Assembly: GCF_009914755.1 (NCBI RefSeq)
Contig: NC_060929.1
DNA: 64,000 nucleotides
Strand: one strand, 5' to 3'
From: the human T2T-CHM13v2.0 reference genome, Homo sapiens
Positions within the stretch are counted from its first letter, which is position 1. Every line of letters starts with the position of its first letter. Below, one piece after another: positions 54,290-64,000 of this stretch. The notes under the pieces were generated by a model. It had not been told where the DNA came from. It saw nothing but the letters and a program-made list of their open reading frames with translations, and did not search any database. The translations under genes were made by a program, and so were the position numbers.

Positions 54290-54535
54290 ATAGTTGCTAT
54301 CTATGGACTACTTACTATATTCCCATCACTATGCCAAGAACTTTATGGAAATCATCTCATTTAATGCTTACAGTGACCAAATTAAATAGATGCTATTATT
54401 ATTTTCATTTTATAATTAAGAGAACTGAGACTTTGACAGGACTTTTTGACCTAATTATTGGCAGAACCTGAACGCTTCCCAGATCTGTCTGATTCCTGAA
54501 TCCGCATTCTTAGCCACAAACTTACACTGCTTGAG
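54290..54535 (-). mobile_element. MIR SINE
   Basis: ATCATCTCATTTAATGCTTACAG...TATTATTTTCATTT...GAACTGAGACT...TCTGTCTGATTCC. Confidence 0.75.
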
Positions 54536-55717
54536 TAAAGAAATATTCAAAACCATACCATTCAAAAATCTCATTTTCATGACCAACGTGGTTCATAATT
54601 TTTTAATTTTGTCTTAACTAAAAACAGGAAAAAATGAAATTCTTGAAATGCAAATAGAAGACACTTGCTTTATTGAGCAAATCTGCTGTTAAACCTTGAT
54701 CTTGAATTCTGCTGACTCTTCATAGTATTACCACTAGCAATGCCAGATTGGTAACATTGTGTACCAAGAACTAGAGCAAGTTTTTCTCTTCAACTCAGTC
54801 TATTTTACCAAAATAGAATGTTTTATTTAAACAGATGCGCAAAATAATCACTAAACATTAGTTTCTAAATTATAGGTATGTAATTTAGAGTAAGAAAAAA
54901 AGAATATTAAACCTATATAATCAAATCTCAACAAAAACGTTAACAGGTATCAAATCCTGCATAGTTCAGCACAGTATTCTCTAAGCTTGATGATATTCAA
55001 TATATTAGAAATCTCTTAAATCATACACGCACATCCCATGGGCTTCCCTGAATTGTGTAACTTACAGATTTTTTAAAGATGGCTTTACGTCAAAAGCATT
55101 TTCAGTTTTCCTCCTCAGGACCTTCAAATTTTATCTAGATACTTTTTTACAACTTAGGGGAGAATATAACCTTGGTTGTTTGTATGGTATCCCATTTACC
55201 CACCATTTTCACATCCACAGAAGTAGAAAATTAACAAGTGCCATGAAAATCTGGTGTTCGTAAGAACCCTTTGATGGCCTTTTCTTTAGTTATTAATATC
55301 CAAGGTCACCATTCTTCCCATTTTGAGAAACTTTGTCTCCCTTTTTCTGATTCTTATTTCTGCCCACAAAGAGCTAAATATGACACTACTGTTAGTGGAC
55401 TACATTTTATTCAGAATTTCCATAGAAATAATATATATTTTGTGGGATAATTTCCCATTTATTCAGACCATAGTATCTGAGTTTATATTTTAACCTAAAA
55501 CATCATTTTTAAACAAAAATTTAAGTGACTTGTCTATATTTGTCAAAGACTTCCACACTTTGAAAACTAAGATTCCAACCCACAGTCCTTTTATCTGATT
55601 GTAGAAATCCCACCATTGCCAGGTTCCAAGACTGTAGTCTTTCACGGCAATATACACAGAGGTGTAGATATATTAAGTACCTTGTGCCCTCATAACAGAA
55701 TAATGTATAATATAATA

Positions 55718-55949
55718 CAGTCATTCCCAAAATGTGGAACACTCAACATTCAGAGTACTTGATATAATTTAGTTGGTACACCGATAAAACATTTTTAATT
55801 TTAGTGGTAGTGTGCTTATTGAACATATATCAGAACATATTAATAATATATTAAAACTGTAATATTAAGTAAATAATAGGAAGGGTGATATATGAACGAG
55901 GCAAAACTTATGAAATTCCACAGGAATTACTGAGGTTTGAAAAACAGTG
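55718..55949. mobile_element. hAT-Charlie MITE (MER113-like)
   Basis: Terminal inverted repeats CAGTCATTCCCAAA / TTTGAAAAACAGTG; 8-bp TSD ATATAAT(A/T). Confidence 0.7.
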
Positions 55950-56617
55950 ATATAATTGTAATATAATTGAAACTTGACTATTCTCAAAAGAACATCAAAA
56001 TTAGGCCAAGCTAAGGTATGATAACTAATTCATAGTTTGTACTTAAAGTAGAAAATACAGGAATAATTTCTTGCTATATTAATGAATAATATCTTCAGGC
56101 ATTCTCAAAGCTAATGTTTTATTAAATGTGACATTATAAACATTAACTTTTACAAACCTAGCCAAGAAGTAAAATATGCTGCATTTTAAATAATGTGTAA
56201 TATTTATAGATTTTTCTCCCACTCAAATTTGTGATTTACCCTGTAAGGACGATAAATAACAATGGCTTGAAAAAATTTGTAAGTACTTCTTATAAGGCTC
56301 TCCAGACATTTATTTGAGACAGAAATATTAAGAATCACGTAAAATCAAGCAAAACTGATGGTAAGTTCTATTCCTAATGGCACACCTAATAAGCAAGTTT
56401 TATTTATTTGAATGTAAAGGAGAACACAGTAGAATTTCTGTTCAATTAGGTGAAGGTTTGAGCTTTGTCCATTCTTAGCTCCCTCAAATTGTGTGAATTT
56501 GTGGCTTTAAAAACAAGTTTAAATGAAAGTTGAGTTATTTCTTTTATTTTGAACATAGGCTTCGCTTTGAGCTATTATTTTCAGGAATAATGCCAAATCA
56601 CAAATACCATAAACACT

Positions 56618-56894
56618 GCAGGAAAAGGAAACCAAATACAGCATGTTCTCGCATTTAAATGGGAGCTAAACATTGAGACACATGGACATAAAGATGTGAA
56701 AAACAGACACTGGAGACTGCTAGAGAAGGGAACAAAAGAGGTGGGGGTTGAAAAACTACTTATGAGGTACTGTGCTTACTACCTGAGTGACGGGATCATT
56801 TGAACACTAAACCTCAGCAACACACAATTTATCCATGTAACAAACCTGCACATGCACACCATGAAACTAAAAGTTAAAAAATATATAAATATAA
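56618..56894 (+). mobile_element. L1PA15/16-like 3' end
   Basis: AAACCAAATACAGCATGTTCTC...GTTGAAAAACTAC...AACCTCAGCAACACACAATTTATCCATGTAACAAACCTGCAC. Confidence 0.9.
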
Positions 56895-57502
56895 AATACA
56901 TTACACTAGAGTATTCTAAACACAAGTGGTTCAATACCAAAGGTCGGTAGTATCACAATCCAGAAGCAAATAACAGATACATAATTCCACAATTAAAAGT
57001 TTAATGTATAATTTACTGTATATAAATGATATCTCAATAAACAAAGCTTAGTGGGAAAAACATAGGAAGACCTATGTAGTGAAACTGATAAAAGAATTAC
57101 AGAATTAACCAGCACCTGGTAATAATGAGTGCTGACTGACAATTATTTCATGGAATAACACAAAGATATAAAATTATACTATGCAAAGCTTTGTCATAAA
57201 AATTATGACAGACAATAATAGCTCGGAGGTAAATTAGACAGCTGAGCCTGAAGCACTCTAGGCAGCTTGTAAGAAATCAAATACATGTCCAGTGAGACTA
57301 AAATATATACAGCTTCAACACAGTAAAGGGACTGGCAAAGTCACTAAGAATTATTGTTAGAGATACACAGCATCTACACAAAATAATAATCATAATCAGA
57401 AATCCATCATGTTGACTGCCCTTCCTCTCCACTATCTACCCAGAGGAAGAGAAAGTGTTTGTTTAGGGTGCGGGAATTAAGAAAAAAATTCTCTCTCGCT
57501 TG

Positions 57503-57810
57503 GGGGTTTTGTGGCTCACACCTGTAATTCCAGCACTTTGGGAGGCCAAGGCGGGTGGATTGCTTGAGCTCAGGAATTCTAGACCAGCCTGAGCAACATG
57601 GTGAAACCCCATCTCTACACACACACAAGCACAATTAGCCAGGGGCGGTGGCACACACCTGTAGTTCCAAGTTCCAGTTACTTGTGAGGCTGAGGAGGGA
57701 GGATCACCTGAGCCTGGGGAGGTTGAGGCTACAGAGAACCATGATCATGGCACTGCACTCCAGCCTTGGTGACAGAGTAAGACCCTGTCTAAAAAGAGAA
57801 AAAACAAAAA
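57503..57810 (+). mobile_element. AluJ
   Basis: GGATTGCTTGAGCTCAGG...GAGGATCACCTGAGCCTGGG; middle A-tract mutated to (CA)n. Confidence 0.93.
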
Positions 57811-57869
57811 TCTGTCTGCCTCCAAATTTAGAAAGGATTTACATTGAGTACTCATTCTTACCACACTGA

Positions 57870-58052
57870 TTTTTTTCTTTTTTTTTTTTTAGCTTTTTAG
57901 TTCAGGGGTACATGTGCAGATTTGTTACATAGGTAAACTTGTGTCATGAGAGTTTGTAGTACTGATTATTTCATCACCCAGATATAAGCCTAGTACACAT
58001 TAAATATTTTCCCTGATGTCTGTTGTTCCCCTCTACGTGTCCATGTGCTCTC
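57870..58052 (-). mobile_element. Older L1PA 3' end, short
   Basis: Poly-T then TTCAGGGGTACATGTGCAGATTTGTTAC; TSD ACCAC(A/T)CTGATTTT at 57860-57873 and 58053-58066. Confidence 0.9.
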
Positions 58053-58369
58053 ACCACTCTGATTTTGTATTTGTAAGTATTTATTTCTCCTTCTCACATG
58101 TTTTTTTCAGTTAGCCTTTTCCTCCCTTTTCTTTTTCCAGTTTAGTTCTGACTATATTCAGTTATTTATAGTATAGTGTTCATGACTATCATGATAATCA
58201 CTGGTCCTTATGAGTCTCCTTAGCTTCTGTATCTGTTATATCTGTATCAATTATTTCCAGCACCATTCATTTATTCCCTTCAACTAAACTTCCAAGTTGC
58301 ATATAGATTTATCTATGATATATAGTAGCGTTATATGTGACCATAACTTGCAATTTAAAACAATGGTGT

Positions 58370-60040
<1,671 letters not shown>

Positions 60041-60060
60041 CTTAAAGAATTTCCCTTTCT

Positions 60061-60230
60061 GCCTTTTGAGGGGTGGAGGGTGGAACGATCAGGAAAAATA
60101 ACTAATGGGTACTAGGCTTAATACCTGAGTGATGAAATAATCTATACACCAAAGCCCCGTGACACAAGTTTACCTATGTAACAAACCTACACGTGTACCC
60201 CTGAACTTAAAAGTTAAAAAATAAAAAATA
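60061..60230 (+). mobile_element. Short older-L1PA 3' end with perfect TSD
   Basis: 17-bp TSD AAAGAATTTCCCTTTCT at 60044-60060 and 60231-60247. Confidence 0.93.
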
Positions 60231-60887
60231 AAAGAATTTCCCTTTCTAATCCCAGCTTTCCAAGAGCTTTCTATCATCTATAATTTTTTTATTTTATTGT
60301 GGTTTTATTCATCTATGGACTTGATTATAAAGAGGTTTTTTAGTCTTTTATGATTAATTGCATTGATAGTTTATATAAATATTTATTATTTTTGCTGATA
60401 ACACAAATGCCCATGGTAGAAAATGTATAACATATAGCCAATTTTTAAAAAGAAAATAGTCACTAATAATCTCAACACTCAGAGAAAATGTCTTAATAAA
60501 TTTGTATATTTCCTTCCAGTTTTTTTTTCTTATTTACACACATATACATATTTTTTAGATAAAATTTGAAATACATGTGGCCTGGGAAGCTTGTACTCCT
60601 TTGTCCATTTAACATTGTATTGTGAAAATTTTGCAGAATCATTACTGGCATTATACTTGTGTAGCCTGTATCAAAGATATTTCAACAATTGCTCATATTA
60701 AATATTTAGGTTACTTCCAATGCTGATAGTTAATGCTCTTTACATAAATGCTTATTTAAACAAATCTGTTGTTCAAAAACCCTGGCTAGGGAACATATTT
60801 ATTGAGACCATGTCATATGAGTTTTCAAAAATTTCTTTAGAAATACTACCAAGTTCCTTTTCAAAAAGATAATAGCAAATACAGCAT

Positions 60888-61043
60888 TTAGCTGGGCATG
60901 GTGGCATGCACCTGTGGTCCCAGCTACTCAGGAGGCTAAGGCAAGAGGCTCACCTGAGCCTGGGAGGTCGAGGCTGCAGTGAGCCATGATCATGCCACTG
61001 CACTCCAGCCTGAGCGACAGAGTGAGACTCTGTCTCAAAAAAA
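60888..61043 (+). mobile_element. AluJ right arm / FRAM
   Basis: TTAGCTGGGCATGGTGG...GAGGTCGAGGCTGCAGTGAGCC...TCTCAAAAAAA. Confidence 0.92.
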
Positions 61044-61439
61044 TTTTTAATGTTATATGTGTATAATATATATTATATACTTATAATAGCAGTTAACAAT
61101 GATTCCAGCCAAATACAAGAGTGCTTATGTAATCATACTTGTCAAATTTGAGTTAGAGCAATAAAGAAGTTATTAACCAAAATCCTACCCATAAATATGA
61201 CACTATTTTACATTTTGAAAGAATGCTTAAAACAGAATTACATATTCATAAATGCAGAAAAGAAATTCAATGCTAAATAGCCTAAATGATGCAGTACTTT
61301 GAAAACTATTAATATATTTGTGGTCTCAGAAAAAAACATATATCAACAATAACTAGTTAATACATAGCCAATTGTGTTTAATATTCAGTAACCTGGCTCT
61401 CTCCCTCTAGCTCTACATAATCTGAGTTTTGGCCCTTTT

Positions 61440-63060
61440 TTAAATAGCTGTTATCTTTCACTTGTGTCTTCACCAGTACTGTCTATATTTTCAGTTGTTC
61501 AAAGACCTAACTTTTGGCTGTATTTATCATCTGTATTTCGTGTTTGCTTCCTGTTACATTAGTTTCTGCATTTCTCTTTCTCATTTTCTTCCTTCTACTT
61601 ATTTTGGCTTTATTCCACGAGTCTTTTTTCACTTTTTAAGATACTTAGCTTATTAATGTTAAATCTTTTACTCCAATAAAGGTATTTAAGACTATAGACA
61701 CCCTTCTAAATATGACATTAATAGCAACCTACAAAATTTTAATGATAAATACTACTAAAAACACACTGTTTTAGATTATAGACTGGGGGCTACTAATGCT
61801 CAGAAATTTAATGAGGTTCGCTTTATACCCTATGTGAAACATGAACTATCTTAATAAATTTTCTGCATAGGCTTGAAACTAGTACATTCTCTAATTCTTC
61901 AATTTAATATTATGCATTTCAGCCTGAACAAGTTTAGTAAGTATGCTGTTCAAATTATCTGTAGTTTTATTATACACCTAGTTGAGTAGTTACTGAGGTG
62001 TTTTAAAATATTATAATATGATGGTAGATAGTCCTTGTGAGTTTGCAAATATAGGCTTTATGTATTATTAAACTAAGTTATTTAGTGTACACCAGGTTAG
62101 GACTGTTGCATCTTCCTGGACTATATAACTTTTTACTATTTTCTAATGATTTTTGTCATATATACATATACATGTATATATTATCTGTGTCTGTGTGTGT
62201 GCATAAACAGAGAGAAAAATTTAGATGTCTCTTAGGAAAAAAAATTGTATTCTTAATCCTACTTGACAAACCTTGTATGTTACTTTCATCCTTTTACATT
62301 TATTGTAACTAACAACATATTTTAGTGTAGTGCTGCCATTCATATTGTACTATTTGCCTTCCTATTTCAATTTATTTTTCTCTGTTTCTGACTATTTATA
62401 GATTGAGAGGTTCTATCCTTTCTTTTATTCCACTCCTACAAATTAATAAAATATATTCTCTAAACATTTTTTTGTGAGTGTGCCTTAGATGTTTTAATAG
62501 ACACACTTAATACATAAATTTAATGATCTTTACCTTTCCTTCAAGCAACAGATAGATCTTTAATGATTTAACTCTGTTCATTCTTTGCCAATTTATGTTA
62601 TTTTTTCCAGTATTTTAGCTTCATCTTTTACTTAAACCCCATAAGTCAGACATTATTTTATTATTTTATAAGGTCATGGCTAATTTAGATGTACCTATAT
62701 ATTTTTCAACATCTTTGCTTATCATTTTTTCCTCTATTTTTAGCATCTTTAGATTATTTTCTTTTGTATCAGGCCAGTGATGTATTTTTAAAACTTATTT
62801 TTATGTTTAATCTAGCATTTTTTAATTAACGGATCTCCCAGAGTAATTAGACTCTTGTTTTATCCGAAATTATTTGTAATCTTTACTTTTTTACATTATT
62901 CAGATAAGTGTTACTCGAAAACCAGATGCTAATTTTTAAATACACTATTTGATTCAATTAGCTAATATGTTATTGAAGACTATTGCATCTATGTTCGTAA
63001 GTGAAATTGGCTACTACCATATCCAGTTTTGCTACCAAATTCTACTATCCTCAAAAAATA
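61440..63060 (-). mobile_element. Ancient L1M fragments
   Basis: T-rich decayed L1 antisense text (TTCAAAGACCTAACTTTTGG; TTGCATCTATGTTCGTAAGTGAAATTGG). Confidence 0.6.
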
Positions 63061-63359
63061 CTTTCTTCTTGTCTTTCATTGAGCCTATTATTTAATTGAA
63101 CTGTGAGAAAACATGCAAACCTAAAATATGAAGCCAAGTGAGAGATAGATAGAAACTTGAGGGAGTTTAGGAGTTTAAACAGTGCTTGACAAAAAAATGA
63201 GCCAATATTTGCAAAAAGAAATTTTACTGACATTCCCAATTTACTGTTCTGCATTATGAAATATGACTACTATATACCAACTTTTCAGGAATATCAAATA
63301 TTCAATAGGAGACACACACTTGTCTGAAACATTTACTCTTTCATAAACTAGGAAAGATT

Positions 63360-63525
63360 ATCAAAATTTATATGTTCATATAAATATAAACATAAATTTA
63401 TATATTTAATATGTTAAAATTATATATTTAATATGTTAAATATTAATATAATTTATTAGTATTTATAAACATAAATTATAAAATTTATATATTTAGATGA
63501 ATGTAGTCAAACATTCATCTAAATA
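63360..63525. repeat. AT-rich low-complexity tract with tandem duplication and 15-bp hairpin
   Basis: TTATATATTTAATATGTTAAA twice (63398-63418, 63420-63440); inverted arms at 63490-63504 and 63511-63525. Confidence 0.9.
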
Positions 63526-64000
63526 GAAATACAAATTTGGGAAAAGAGATACTACAGAGTATAGCTTTTCCATTTCTTAAAAAAAAGTATCAAACTAGCT
63601 CTTAGAAGAGTTTTTAAATTCCCAGCTGATATTCACAAAGGCATGATTTAGCACAGTATTCTCTTTTCCTGTGTTGGCACAGTATCTGGCACGTGGAAGT
63701 TACTACGCATTCATATACTGTTATTGTGATAGCATCCCTCACCTTTTCCCCAGCCTTAGAATAACAGTCAAGAAACTATTGTATATTTCCTATCATTTAA
63801 CTATTCCAGACATACTGGTACTTGTTCAATCTCTCTCTCTTTCACTCACAAATCACGAAAATGTCTTCTTAACCTCAGTTTTTCTTCTTGACAATAAAAA
63901 AAGCTAATTGTAGTATGACATAATATATTGACTCACTAATTAGCCTTAATTGATCACAATTGATTAGTTTGACAAGCATGTGACTTAATAGAAACAATTC

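Overview
This is AT-rich primate (most likely human) genomic DNA, either intronic or intergenic. It is dominated by interspersed repeats: Alu (J, S, Y), L1 (L1PA/PB/MB/MC/ME), L2, MIR, solo LTRs (MER41A, LTR40, LTR27/28 group, MLT1) and hAT MITEs (MER20, MER5, MER113-like). I found no intact gene, RNA gene or CRISPR array, and nearly all ORF-track entries are repeat-derived or chance. Two minus-strand exon candidates lie near the left end (1168-1287 and 5010-5135). Together with a strong plus-strand bias of the L1s, they suggest a large intron of a minus-strand transcript that I cannot name. I cannot support a novel protein-coding system. The most unusual signals are structural: a 38-bp tandem repeat built from nested perfect palindromes (53203-53290), further perfect hairpins, a templated-insertion scar in an L1, nested insertions with readable target-site duplications (TSDs), a twin-primed 5'-inverted L1, and two motif-dense unique segments (about 42.3-42.9 kb and 44.7-44.9 kb) that look like enhancer/promoter elements. 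Repeat subfamily names come from recalled consensus sequences, and boundaries of old elements are approximate.
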